A stretch of DNA of 64,000 bases, from the IMG/VR virus record IMGVR_UViG_2915264867_000002, positions 1-64,000 of that record; one strand, 5' to 3'. Both the position numbers and the translations under genes were made by a program. Shown here one piece after another: positions 17,678 to 28,800 of this stretch. The DNA is from a virus (lineage: Duplodnaviria > Caudoviricetes). Under the pieces are notes generated by a model. It was given only the letters and a program-made list of their open reading frames with translations. It did not search any database and had not been told where the DNA came from. Each line of letters opens with the position of its first letter. Position 1 is the first letter of the stretch.

Positions 17678-20600
17678 ATGTCTCTTGGCAAGGAAATTAA
17701 GGTTGTACTGTCGCTCGACGACGCGGGTTTTAGCTCCAAGGTAAAAGGCGCCAGCGCCGGCACCAAGACTCTCAATCTCGACCTTGGAAACCTGGCCAAG
17801 GGCGTCGACCGCGTCGATACGACCCTCTTGACGTTATCGTCCGACCTGCAGAAGATGACCGGCGCAATGGCCGGCATCACTCAAGGGATGTCCGCTGCTG
17901 TCAACAGTGTGCAGAAGACCGTCAGCAGCCTGGCCGCAATGGACCGGGCGGTTGAGCAAAACACTAAATCCATGAAGGAAGGCGCCGCCTCGGCGATCGA
18001 CCTCAAGCTAAAGTCGCTGCGCAACGAGCTGGAGGGCAATGAGAAGATCATCGCCGGCCGCTTGGCGCTGCATAAGACCCTATCCCGCCTCGAGAATGAA
18101 TACAACGCCAAGGCCTTGTCACAGAGCATTGCGGCCGAAAACATGCGCCGGCAGAAGAAGTCCGGCAGCTCCCGCGAGGCGCTGACCGAACAGAACGTTG
18201 CCAACGGCTATGCTGGTTCCGCTCAGGTGATTCGCCAGCAAACCGAGGCACTGCTGCGCTTGACCAATGCTGAGCGCGCGCAGCAGGACGTGCGTCGCGC
18301 TACGATCGCCCAGTTGGAGCAGCAGCGCGCGATGAACAATGCCGTGGCCGCATCGAATGCCCAGGCGGTGGCCGCAGCACGCTCCGCCGGCGAAGACCAG
18401 CGCCTGATCGCTGAGCGTGCTATCGCCGCGCGCCTGCGCGCCGACCGTGAATCCGAGTCTTCCGCTCAGGCTGCTGCACGCGTGCGGGTGCAGGCAGCCC
18501 GCACCGCTGCGCGCGAGGAGCGTATCCAAGCCGAAATGATCGGTACCATGTGGAAGAGCATGGCGCAGCTGTACGCCTCGAGCAAGATTGGCCAGGGTCT
18601 GATCAAATCGGTATCCGAGGCCGACGAGTATGCGCGCGTGGTCGAGAAGATGAACGCCATGGGCCTTGAGGGCAAACAAGGCAATGCAAACATTCTCTCT
18701 ATTTCCAAGACAGTCGAGGCCCAGAACCCGAACATCAGCCGCTCCGACGCGCTGAAGATGACGCTGGCCAACGCCGCCGGCGCCGTCACTACCGATCCAA
18801 AGATGCTCAGCCAGATCGTGCCTGAGATCGCCAAGATGACGACGGTCATGAGCCGCCTCTTCCCGGAGCAGTCTCACAACATCGAACAGATGGCCCAGAA
18901 CTTGATGGGCGTTATGGAAGCGCGCGGGATCACCAACGACTCGGGCAAGATGCTGAGCGCCCTCGACAGCCTGGCGCGCGCGCTTATTCTGACCCAAGGC
19001 AAGATGACGGTCCAGGATTACGAAACGATTACCCGTCGTGGCGGCGCCGGTAACGCGCAGCTCAAGAACGACGAGTCCGTTCTTTACGACATCGCTGCTG
19101 CCAGCCAGATGAAAGTGATGGGCGGCGGAGGCGGTGGTGCCGGCGGCGTGTCGAGCTTTGCGACGGCCCAGCGCGGCGCCGCCAGTCGAATCAATGGCGG
19201 TACCCGCGAGACGATCTCCGGCACGAAGCTGCTGGTGGAATTCGGCGTCATTGACAAAGACGAGCTGTCGGCAGCGAACGGCGGCAAGCCCCTTACGCGC
19301 AACTACAACACAGTCAAGTACAAAAACTCGGATGCCGCGTCCGAGAACACGACCAAGTTCGCCATGGAGCTGGCCAACAGCGTCAAGGCCAAGCTGGCCG
19401 CAACACCAGAGTCTGACCAGCGATTCTTCGCCAAGGGCGCGGACCGCACCGACGACATGGAACAAGCGAAGGCTTTTGGCGCCTGGGTAGACAAGTCGAT
19501 CGGCAACACCAACGTCCGCGAATTCTACAAACAGTTCGCCACCAAGGGTTCGCAGCACCGTGTCATGGCTGAGGTTGAGGCGGCCGAGCAAGCACCAACG
19601 TACGGAAAAGCCCATGAAGATGCGATGAAGTCCTGGGGCGTAGAGGTTGATACCACCAAAGCAGCGCTCTCCAAATTGGGCGTTGTGGTTGGCGACACTC
19701 TCATCCCAGTGCTGCGCCCCCTACTGGAAACCATCACCAGCATCGTCGATGCGACACGCGAATTTGGCCAGAACAACCCTATGGCCACGAAGCTGCTGGC
19801 AATCAGCGCAGCCGGCGCGATGGTCGTGCTCGGCTTCAAGGGCATGACCGGAATGTTCGGGGTCGTCGGCAACCTGTCGAACGGTCTGAGTGCGCTTGCT
19901 GCCGCGGGCGGTCGCGCCAGCACGACTGGCGGCACCCTGGCCGGATCTACCGCCCGCGTGACTGCGGCGGCAATGGACAACCTGCAGGCGACAGCCCGCA
20001 GCGCCGCAGCGCATAACGACTACGCCCAGATGCAATTGCGCGCCGCCCAGGCCACGGTAGCGAACAGCACCGGCATGGCACGCTTGAGCGCGGTGACGAA
20101 CACCCTCCTGCCGGCCCAGCAGCGGGCCGCCACGGCCGCAGCAGCCAATACCACGGCCCAGACTGCCCTTTCGACCGCGCAAGCCGCCACGACGCGCACA
20201 GCGCGCGTGATGAATGGCGTACTGAGCATGACTGGTGGACCGATCGGCCTGATCATCACTGCGCTGACGCTGGCAACGGTCGCCTGGAGCATGTTCGGCA
20301 CGGCCGCAAGCGAGGCAGCGAAAAAATCTAAAAAGGCGTCCGAGGATTCCGCTGGCGCAGTCCAGTCTTCGCTCAAACGAATGAAGGACGAAACGACCAC
20401 GATTAAGAAAGGCGAGAATGCGGTCGTCATTCAAGATGAGACTGCCGAAATCGCGAAGTTGCGCGCTCAGTTAGGGCAAAAGCAGATTGATCGGACGACC
20501 TTTGCTGGAGCGGAGAAAAGTGCCCGTGCCGGAACGGAAGGCGCGGCCCGTAGTCGCACGGCCGGCGCCGACCAAGAAATTGCGGATCTGAAGATGGCAA

Positions 20601-22498
20601 TCAAGAAGCGTCAGGACGCGCTCGATGCCTTGATAGACGCCGAGGGCGTCCGGAATGCCGCGCGCGCTCAGAAGGAAGCAAAGGACCAGGCCGACGCCAA
20701 AGCCAAGGCAGACGCTGCACTCAAAGGTCTCAAAGTTCGTAAAGGCCCCAAGGGTGACGAGGGCACTGAAACCACCGACACGGACGGACTCTTCCGCACG
20801 CCTCGTGATCAGACGCCGCGCCGCGTGCGTGACCCGCTAACCGAGGCGCTGGAGACTGAGAAAGGCAAGATCGACGCCGCCACCGAGAAGATGAAGTCGA
20901 TCGTAGAGGGTGGGGAGACTCTTGAGTCGCTGCGCGCACAGGCCGCAGCCCTGGTGGAAGGTGAGCGCAAAGCCGGCAACCTCTCGCCCGACCGGGACGT
21001 AAAGAAAAATCCTACCGCGGACGACCCAGAGATCGTTCTGCTCAAAGAACGCACTTACCAAAGAATGCTGCTGGCTGAGCAGCTGAAGGCGCTCGAGTTC
21101 ACGAACGAGCGTGTGGCGGCCACCGGTCTCGACGCAAATATGGCAATGGAGCGCTTCGCCGGCGAGGGCGCGGCAAAGCAAACCGACTCCTTCCGCGCCC
21201 TGGCGCGCGAACTGGAGCGCCTTGAACAGCGAATCGGCGCCGGTACGGAGAAATTCGCGCAGTTCGAAGCGGCAAAAACCGCCGCCCTGTTCAACCAGGC
21301 GCGCGCTGACGCTGCAAGTTTCGGGGCGGGTTACGTGGACAAGAACAAAGCCGACTCGGCCGATCTGGAGCCAAACGAGCGCACCCGTATTGCCCGCCGC
21401 ATTCAGGCCGAAAGTGACGCCGAAGACCGGATCTACCAGACCCGCGTCAACAACATGGAGCGCACGCGCGCTGCGGCGGTAGAGGCCGCCAAGGGGATCG
21501 CCAACAGCGAGGCGAAGATCAAGCAGATCAACGCGGACGCCCAGGACGCGCGCGACCAGCTCGACATTCAGTACGGCGAGCGCCGCCGCATTCGTGCTGA
21601 GCAAGAGGTGCGCGCCACCGAATCTGCTGCAGCGCAGATGACCCGACAGTGGGCGGACGTCAACAAAGCGGTCGACGACGCGGGGGCAAGTGCGGCCAAC
21701 GGGTTTGTGTCGATGCTGACCAGTTCGCTGCAAACGGGCCGCCTGGCGGTAAGCGACTTCATCAAGAACATCCTGATGGACATCGCCAACGCAAAGCTGA
21801 AAGAGACGCTCGCCAACCCGCTTAAGGAGCTTGCCAACGCCGGCGGCGACTGGGTCAAACAGAATGTGTTCGGCCAAGCCGGAAGCGCAACCAAGTCCGG
21901 CGCCGAAGCAGCGGAGGCTGCGGCTATCGCAACGAAGACGTCGGCTGACAGCGCGGCCGCGACGGCCACCAGCATGTTTAGCGTGGCTATCAACAACGCC
22001 GTGTTCTCTGTACAGGCGATGGCTCAAGCGATGTCCATGGCGGCTGCCTCTACCGGGGCCAGCAGCGGGATGGGCTGGATGGGCGCGGTCGGCAGCGCCA
22101 TCGGCAGCGCGTACGGCGGCGGAGGAGGTACGGCCCCATCAAATGAGCTTTTTGCCAACGGCGGCATCATGACCAGCCTTGGCGCGATGGAGCTTCGCAA
22201 ATACGCCAACGGCGGCGTGGCCACCAGCCCGCAGGTGGCGGTCTACGGCGAAGGCTCGATGAACGAGGCCTATGTGCCCCTCCCCGATGGCCGGACCATC
22301 CCGGTGACTGTTTCCGGCGGTGGCGGCGGTGCGGCACCTTCAGTGGTGGTCAACGTAATCAATCAGAGCGGCCAGAACATGAATGCCGATCAGGGCAACA
22401 TGCGCTTCGATGGCAAGCAGTACATTCTCGACACAGTACTGACGGCGGCGGCATCCCCAGGCAGCTTCCGCAGTGGATTAAAGGACGCAGTGAAATGA
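17678..22498 (+). CDS. Tape measure protein
   Basis: 1606 aa Ala-rich helical; IKVVLSLDDAGF N-terminus; C-terminal FANGG..ANGGV..GEG..EAYVPL. Confidence 0.93.
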   Translation: MSLGKEIKVVLSLDDAGFSSKVKGASAGTKTLNLDLGNLAKGVDRVDTTLLTLSSDLQKMTGAMAGITQGMSAAVNSVQKTVSSLAAMDRAVEQNTKSMKEGAASAIDLKLKSLRNELEGNEKIIAGRLALHKTLSRLENEYNAKALSQSIAAENMRRQKKSGSSREALTEQNVANGYAGSAQVIRQQTEALLRLTNAERAQQDVRRATIAQLEQQRAMNNAVAASNAQAVAAARSAGEDQRLIAERAIAARLRADRESESSAQAAARVRVQAARTAAREERIQAEMIGTMWKSMAQLYASSKIGQGLIKSVSEADEYARVVEKMNAMGLEGKQGNANILSISKTVEAQNPNISRSDALKMTLANAAGAVTTDPKMLSQIVPEIAKMTTVMSRLFPEQSHNIEQMAQNLMGVMEARGITNDSGKMLSALDSLARALILTQGKMTVQDYETITRRGGAGNAQLKNDESVLYDIAAASQMKVMGGGGGGAGGVSSFATAQRGAASRINGGTRETISGTKLLVEFGVIDKDELSAANGGKPLTRNYNTVKYKNSDAASENTTKFAMELANSVKAKLAATPESDQRFFAKGADRTDDMEQAKAFGAWVDKSIGNTNVREFYKQFATKGSQHRVMAEVEAAEQAPTYGKAHEDAMKSWGVEVDTTKAALSKLGVVVGDTLIPVLRPLLETITSIVDATREFGQNNPMATKLLAISAAGAMVVLGFKGMTGMFGVVGNLSNGLSALAAAGGRASTTGGTLAGSTARVTAAAMDNLQATARSAAAHNDYAQMQLRAAQATVANSTGMARLSAVTNTLLPAQQRAATAAAANTTAQTALSTAQAATTRTARVMNGVLSMTGGPIGLIITALTLATVAWSMFGTAASEAAKKSKKASEDSAGAVQSSLKRMKDETTTIKKGENAVVIQDETAEIAKLRAQLGQKQIDRTTFAGAEKSARAGTEGAARSRTAGADQEIADLKMAIKKRQDALDALIDAEGVRNAARAQKEAKDQADAKAKADAALKGLKVRKGPKGDEGTETTDTDGLFRTPRDQTPRRVRDPLTEALETEKGKIDAATEKMKSIVEGGETLESLRAQAAALVEGERKAGNLSPDRDVKKNPTADDPEIVLLKERTYQRMLLAEQLKALEFTNERVAATGLDANMAMERFAGEGAAKQTDSFRALARELERLEQRIGAGTEKFAQFEAAKTAALFNQARADAASFGAGYVDKNKADSADLEPNERTRIARRIQAESDAEDRIYQTRVNNMERTRAAAVEAAKGIANSEAKIKQINADAQDARDQLDIQYGERRRIRAEQEVRATESAAAQMTRQWADVNKAVDDAGASAANGFVSMLTSSLQTGRLAVSDFIKNILMDIANAKLKETLANPLKELANAGGDWVKQNVFGQAGSATKSGAEAAEAAAIATKTSADSAAATATSMFSVAINNAVFSVQAMAQAMSMAAASTGASSGMGWMGAVGSAIGSAYGGGGGTAPSNELFANGGIMTSLGAMELRKYANGGVATSPQVAVYGEGSMNEAYVPLPDGRTIPVTVSGGGGGAAPSVVVNVINQSGQNMNADQGNMRFDGKQYILDTVLTAAASPGSFRSGLKDAVK

Positions 22499-22857
22499 CC
22501 GACCCGGTATTCCCTAAAATGGACAAAGAGCAGGACTCCAAATACTACGGCGTCGAGCTGGAAGACCCCGCCATGAAAAGCAAAATGGAGGGCGGCTACG
22601 TCGTCTCACGCGCACGCCACACCCGGAAGCCGCGCAAGACTTTTACCACCGGCTATACCGGCATTTCGGAACCCGATCGCGCGCGCCTTGAGGCCTTCTA
22701 CGAACTGGTGCGAGGCGGAAGCATGATTTTCGATTGGACGGACCCAGTCCAGAAGGCCACCTACAAGGTCCGATTTGCCGAGAAAATTAAATTCAAATAT
22801 ACCGGCATGGGCATGGCAAGGCTCTGGGACGTGTCCCTGACGCTAGAACAGGCATAG
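22495..22857 (+). CDS. Distal tail protein (lambda gpM-like)
   Basis: MEGGYVVSRARHT..FYELVRGG..FDWTDP..VRF..LEQA; directly after the TMP. Confidence 0.75.
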   Translation: MTDPVFPKMDKEQDSKYYGVELEDPAMKSKMEGGYVVSRARHTRKPRKTFTTGYTGISEPDRARLEAFYELVRGGSMIFDWTDPVQKATYKVRFAEKIKFKYTGMGMARLWDVSLTLEQA

Positions 22858-22947
22858 CATTACCGCGAACTTAACTTATAGCACTCCGATGCGCCCCGCC
22901 ACCTCAGCAGCCGACGAGGCTGCTTACGTGGCTATCTGCCGGAACTA

Positions 22948-24627
22948 TTACTTCCAAAACTTTACAGAATATGCAATATGCCTCTGACTTCCATATTTTA
23001 GTCTAGCCCACCCTGTTAATGGATTAACTAAAGTTGAGCCGAACGTCATTCCGGTGCTTGGACCGCCATCGAGGCGAATCGCGTTATCGATTTTTAACAG
23101 GCTAAAAATGGTACACAAATCATAAGCGCTCGTTTCACCATCCGATGTTGATGAAATTACTACGTAGCGACCGTCTTTCTCACCTAAAGCAGACCAGCGA
23201 TTTTTCAAAGTATCGGTAGTACAAACGCCATCTTTACGAATTGATGTCGAAGAGCTAATGACAAATGTATCAGGCAAGAAATTATAAATTTTATCATAGT
23301 CAAGCCACTTGCCGCGATAATTATTATTAACCGTAGCCAATACTCGTTTATTTCCTTGAGAGACGCCCGATGTATAATTAACACCTATCATCTCATTGCC
23401 GAATTTTGCATAACCTGATGGCCTGCCAGTTTGATTGGGGCCGGTGCCTTCGTCTCCAGCCCAATAAAATCCATTAACAGTAATCGCAGATTTACTCAAA
23501 GAATTTAGTTCCGATATAGTCTTTAAGTTCATTACTTCGGGATACTTGGCAGAGTAAGCCAGCCCTGCAGAAGCCTGTACCCCCATAGTATTAATAATGC
23601 CGATATGCACAAATGGGGCAGTATTCTCACACCAGTTCACGTTGAGAAAACCGGTTTGCTGGAGGTAGCTTTCAATGGTGTTCTGGTTTGCCGGATTTGA
23701 CAAAGTTTCCCAACATTGATTGACTACGACTGCGTTAGATGAGGCGTTTAACGAGTTTGCATCCCCTTCACGATCTAATCGTGAAATTTTCAGCAATCCA
23801 GTTTTAGTGAACTTTTTCGTTACCGTTCCCGATGAATCTGATGAAACGGACGATCGAGTCACTCCACTCGTAGGTTCCGGGGTCTGCGGAACAATTGTCG
23901 CGGACTTACCCCTCGCCATCACTTCGGACGTGACGGAGAATTCCTTTTTTGTTTCAATATAAGGAAAAATGTCTATACTTGGGTAAGCATTACCCACGTT
24001 ACGCACAGCGACGCTAAAAATCTGAGCATTTTCGGTAGCTCCAGCAGGGATTCTCAAATTAACCCCAAGCGGAAGCTGAACTGACGCGGCGGAGGCGGGA
24101 TCGTAATATACGACCTCTGCCTCATTATCCAAATATGACGAAACGGCTTGTTGAGGAAAATATACAACTTTACCAGTGCTAATTTTTTTCTTCAACACTA
24201 CTAAAATATCCGCTCCCTGAACGTCTTTTCCGAGAACAAGCGGAGCCTTGAGACTTACCTGGCCACTAACCGTCTTTTGCCCCGGAGTTTCACCAAAATA
24301 AATCGACTTGATTTCCCCATAAGGAACAGAAGAATCAAAGAGGATCGTTGCCCGACCTTCTAAAGTAGAGTGAATAGTGACATAGCTTTTAGGCGATGGT
24401 CTGAAGCAAGCGGTTGAAGAGCAAAATATCAAGTCTCCGATCTTGACATCTTGGTCGGGTTTAAGCCCTTCGGTAGAGATTGCCAGCCGAAGCCTTTTTG
24501 TACTCACATCTCTTGCATCGGTATTGGAATAATCAGCGACTGTAGTGGGCTGGAATGGATAGTGAGCCGCCTGCGCAGATAAGCATAGTGCTGAGGTGAG
24601 GATGAGGGTAGGTAAACTTTTTAGCAT
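22948..24627 (-). CDS. Secreted protein with C-terminal phosphodiester glycosidase (NAGPA/DUF2233-like) domain; moron
   Basis: Signal peptide MLKSLPTLILTSALCLSAQAA; ITVNGFY, RWSALG..YVVISS, NAIRLDGGPST; visibly lower GC; antisense inside the tail operon. Confidence 0.75.
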   Translation of the reverse strand: MLKSLPTLILTSALCLSAQAAHYPFQPTTVADYSNTDARDVSTKRLRLAISTEGLKPDQDVKIGDLIFCSSTACFRPSPKSYVTIHSTLEGRATILFDSSVPYGEIKSIYFGETPGQKTVSGQVSLKAPLVLGKDVQGADILVVLKKKISTGKVVYFPQQAVSSYLDNEAEVVYYDPASAASVQLPLGVNLRIPAGATENAQIFSVAVRNVGNAYPSIDIFPYIETKKEFSVTSEVMARGKSATIVPQTPEPTSGVTRSSVSSDSSGTVTKKFTKTGLLKISRLDREGDANSLNASSNAVVVNQCWETLSNPANQNTIESYLQQTGFLNVNWCENTAPFVHIGIINTMGVQASAGLAYSAKYPEVMNLKTISELNSLSKSAITVNGFYWAGDEGTGPNQTGRPSGYAKFGNEMIGVNYTSGVSQGNKRVLATVNNNYRGKWLDYDKIYNFLPDTFVISSSTSIRKDGVCTTDTLKNRWSALGEKDGRYVVISSTSDGETSAYDLCTIFSLLKIDNAIRLDGGPSTGMTFGSTLVNPLTGWARLKYGSQRHIAYSVKFWK

Positions 24628-24827
24628 GACAATCCTTCATGTCCGTTGAGAAATAGTCAAGAATGTGCGCCGAGCATTAATACGAATGAACTCTATCAGG
24701 TTGCCATTCCGGAAAATGCGTAAATTGTAACTTTTCATAATTTTTTTTGTTAAAACGGGCCTGTCACGCCGCCGATTCAATTTTTATCGGCCCTCCCTTG
24801 CCAAAAGGTCAAGCCACGTGCCATTTG

Positions 24828-24853
24828 TAAGTCAGCACTGACTTACGTATAAT
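24828..24853 (+). promoter_or_regulatory. Operator plus TATAAT restarting the tail-tip operon
   Basis: TAAGTCAGCACTGACTTA 24828-24845; TATAAT 24848-24853. Confidence 0.8.
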
Positions 24854-24861
24854 GGTCGATT

Positions 24862-25494
24862 ATGAGCAAATCCCTATCTGTAGCCAGCGTAGTCGAGAAA
24901 AATCGGATCTCTTCAGATACGCCTTGGCTTATTTGTATTGACATCGACGTCGTCAACCCGGAGACGTCAGCTCTGGTAGAAACCCTCCACCTGGTTCGCA
25001 ACAGCGATCCGATCCAGTTCAACGGCCACGAGTATCTGCCAGCACCACTAGACATCGAGCTGAAGGAAGAGGCCGGCAACCAGCAATCGATCAAGCTGAG
25101 CATCCCGGACTACAGCGGCGCCGTTCAACGCTACATGCAGGACTATGGCGGCGGCGTTGGCTTTATGGTGGGCATCATGGTGGTCAACGCGGACAACTTG
25201 GCCAACCCGCCAGAGATTATCGAATATTTTGAAGTGGTCAGCTCCGACAGTGGCAGCTATACCTGCAACTTCACGCTCGGCGCCGAGAACAACATCACCA
25301 AGGCCTTCCCCCGCCGTCGGCAGACCAAGGATTACTGCCAGTGGCGCTACAAGGGCGAGGAGTGCGGGTACACAGGCGCCCTGCCCTCCTGTGATCTTTC
25401 CCTCAAGGGTGCAAATGGCTGCGCCGTCCATCAGAACGTTGTCCACTTTGGCGCCTTCCCTGGCATTAACGCACGCGACGTCAGCTATGGATAG
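24862..25494 (+). CDS. Minor tail protein L-like
   Basis: C-terminal Fe-S cysteines CQWRYKGEECGY..C..GC..HFGAFPG. Confidence 0.9.
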   Translation: MSKSLSVASVVEKNRISSDTPWLICIDIDVVNPETSALVETLHLVRNSDPIQFNGHEYLPAPLDIELKEEAGNQQSIKLSIPDYSGAVQRYMQDYGGGVGFMVGIMVVNADNLANPPEIIEYFEVVSSDSGSYTCNFTLGAENNITKAFPRRRQTKDYCQWRYKGEECGYTGALPSCDLSLKGANGCAVHQNVVHFGAFPGINARDVSYG

Positions 25495-25858
25495 AGGCGC
25501 AGACCTGGTTGGCATTCCGTTCGAATACGGTGGCCGCGGGCCGGACAAGCTCGACTGTTATGGCCTGGTGATGGAAATGAGCCGACGCAATGGTTACTCG
25601 CTCCCGGACTTTGGCTTTGCTGACAACCAGGCGATGGTCGCTTCAATGATGGGCGTGACGATGCCTCAGTGGGAGGAGATTGCGCCGGGGCCTGGCGCGG
25701 TGGTGCTGATGCGTATCGGCCGGCATATCGCGCATGTCGGTTACATGATTGATCAGCACCGAATGATCCACGCGTGGGAGCAATCCCATGGCGTGACGAT
25801 CGTGACGGTGGACTCTTGGAAACAACGCATCGTAGGATTCTATAAGCATGTCGGATAA
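25487..25858 (+). CDS. Tail assembly protein K-like, NlpC/P60
   Basis: LVGIPFEYGGRGPDKLDCYGLV..HIAHVG..MIHA; ATG 25487. Confidence 0.88.
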   Translation: MDRGADLVGIPFEYGGRGPDKLDCYGLVMEMSRRNGYSLPDFGFADNQAMVASMMGVTMPQWEEIAPGPGAVVLMRIGRHIAHVGYMIDQHRMIHAWEQSHGVTIVTVDSWKQRIVGFYKHVG

Positions 25859-28800
25859 AGTAAAAAAGCCACGCAAGAACGCCAAGCCGGCTCCGGTTGC
25901 GAAGGTCAAGCGACGCGCGACGGTAACGCCCGTCATGATCCCGGTGATTCGCATCACCAATCCATTCAACGCTCGAGAATTTGTGCGTGAAGAGCTGACG
26001 TGGCGCGCGCGCAAGTCGCTAGCTGCGTATTTCCCGGCGCCGGCCGCGGCCGAGAGTGTCATTTCGATCAACGGCAAGATCATCCCTCGCGATCAGTTCC
26101 GAGTAACTTACCTCGATCGGACAGACAACCTGGTCGTCTGCCCTGTGCCAACCGGGGGCGGCGGTGCCAAAGGCATCCTCACAATCGTGGCGATGATTGC
26201 GATTGCGGTCGTTACCGCTGGTGCTGGCCTCGCCATTGCTGGCGCGATGGGTCTGACCGGTACCGCACTCACCGTCGGTGGCGCCATTATCCAGGCCGGT
26301 ATCTCCATCGCAGGCGCGATGCTCGTAAATGCTGCCCTGGCCCCAAGCAAGCCAACCCCAAATCGAAGCGAAGCTTCCAGCGCCACCTACGGTGCCGACG
26401 GCGCTAAAAATACTTCCCTCGAAGGCATTCCAGTACCGATCTGCTATGGCGAGTTCCGCATGGCCGGCAACGTCCTGGGAATGCACACCGAGAATGACGC
26501 CGACGACAACCAGACGCTGTACATGCTCTTGTCGGCGGGCGAGGGGCCGGTCGCTTCCCTTACGGACATCGAGATCAATGACAATCCGCTTGTCGATTAC
26601 AAGAACGTCGAAGTGCAAACCCGCCTGGGTCTGTCGACGCAGGCTCCTATTCCATGGTTCAAGGACAACGTAGTTGCCGACAGCAAGAACCAAAAGATTG
26701 GAGCTGACTGGTTCTATAGCACCACCTCGACGGCGGTCGATCAGTTGCGCTTCGACTTCGTCGCGCCACAAGGCTTATGTAAGATTGATTCGAAGTCCGG
26801 TGAGGCCAATCGGTACACGGTCGACCTGCAAATTCAAATTCGGCCCGCAGGCTCCACGGACGAGTTTAAAGACATCGCTTCGGCTGCGGAAATCATCGAT
26901 TGGGAAGAAGTAACTGGCTCGGTTGTAAGAAAGACCGGCGAGTTCTACGACAGCGCGACGGGCCGCGCGTACCGCTACGATGCCGACGGAAGAATCGTCT
27001 ACACGGATGCGCCGGAGCTATCATGGGTGGATGTGTGGGGCGTAGCTATTGGAAAAGCTACGTCTGCGGGGCAGTTCCTGAGCCAATCCTCCCCTACGCC
27101 AATTCAAACACCTGACGGCGTCCAATACGTTAATCGCGTCCCGGTTTATCGCGTCGGCACAAGCATGACAGCCCATAAGCGCGCTGCAGTGCGCCGCTCG
27201 TTCAATACGGTGACGCTCGACTCCGGAAAATATGAAGTTCGGGTGCGCCGCAATACCCCGAAATCGGACGACCAGACGATCATCGACGACATTTATTTGA
27301 GCGACATCAATGAGATCACTCTCGATACTCTGATCTATCCAAACACCGCCCTTGTGGCGTTGAAGATCAAACTGTCGGATCAAATCTCTGGCATGCCGAA
27401 GGTAACTTTCCTCAATGGCGGCCGGGTCATCAATGTCTTCGGCCGCCCTGGCACGTTTGCGACCGAAGACCAGTGGTACCCCGCCGCCTCGAAAAATCCA
27501 GCATGGATTATCTGGGATATGCTCACGCATCGCCGCTATGGTGGCGCGATGGCCACCTCACGCCTCGACTTCCCGGCATTCCAGAACTGGGCAAAGTACT
27601 GCGACGAGAAAAACCTGCAGTGGAATGGCCCGATCGACACGGAAATGAACGTCTGGGATGCCTCTCAGCTCGTGCTGCGCGTGGGCCACTCTCAGCTTGT
27701 CAACGTCGGCACGCGCTACACGGTTGTGACTGAGCGCCCTTCGGACCCGGTGATGATGTTCTCGGTGGCCAACATGATAGAGGACAGCTACCAGGAAACA
27801 TGGCTGGCCACGAACGATCGCGCCAACGAGATTGACGTCACGTTCTACGACAAGACCAATAGCTATAAGCAGCGTACGATCAAAGTGTACGACCCGGCAG
27901 CGCTCACGGCCGGCGCCAAGCAGCGCACGTCCGCGATCACGCTGTACGGCGTTACCGACCACGAGACGGCCTATAAGGAAGCGCAGTTCCAGCTGAACCT
28001 GAACCGCTACATCCTCAAGACGATCAATTTCTCCGCCCCTCTGGAAGCTGTCGCCTGCTCGGTCGGCGACCTGATCTACGTCCAAACTGACATGACGGAC
28101 TGGGCGCAGGCCGGCCGCCTCGATGCGGGGTCGACCGCCTCTAGGATTCAGCTCGACCGCGAAGTCACGATGGAAAAGGGCAAGCAATACAAGCTCCTGG
28201 TCATGCGGGACAAAGTGCTACGCGCGCGCGGCGTGGTGTACAACGTCGCCGGCACCTCGATCTTTCTGCAAGACTTCCGAGGCGACTCGGTCAAGCGCCT
28301 GCAAATCAACGGCCGTGATCTCCGCGTGTCGGCAAAATTCGCCCAGAATAACGGCTACGGCGTGGTGGTCGATGACGCTGCCGGCATCATGCCTGGGGCC
28401 ACGTACGAGCTTTACGACACTGACGTAGTTGAGGAATTCAACGTCATCAACGTACCAGGCTCCTCTTCGACACTGCAGCTGCAAACGCCAATGTCCGGCG
28501 CGCCGAGCCAGTTCGTCAACTTCATGTTTGGCGAGGCGGAGAAGGTCAAGAAGCCGTTCCGCATTCGTTCGATTACTGGCAGCCACGAGTACAAGCGTGA
28601 TATCTCCGCATTGGAGTACAAGGCTGAGGTCTATGATTTCGACCGCTACGGCAGCAGCACGCCGACCGTGCCGCCGCAGGACGCGATCATCGGTCCAGTC
28701 CGATCGCTCACTACTTACGAAGAATCCTACATCTCCGGCGAAACCATTGCGGTCAGTGTCGTCGCCTCATGGGCCGCACCGATTGCCGGCATGTACGCAG

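Noticed and set aside
18119-22027. Long minus-strand ORFs inside the tape measure gene
   Set aside because: Reverse-frame artefacts of Ala-rich GC-rich coding sequence.
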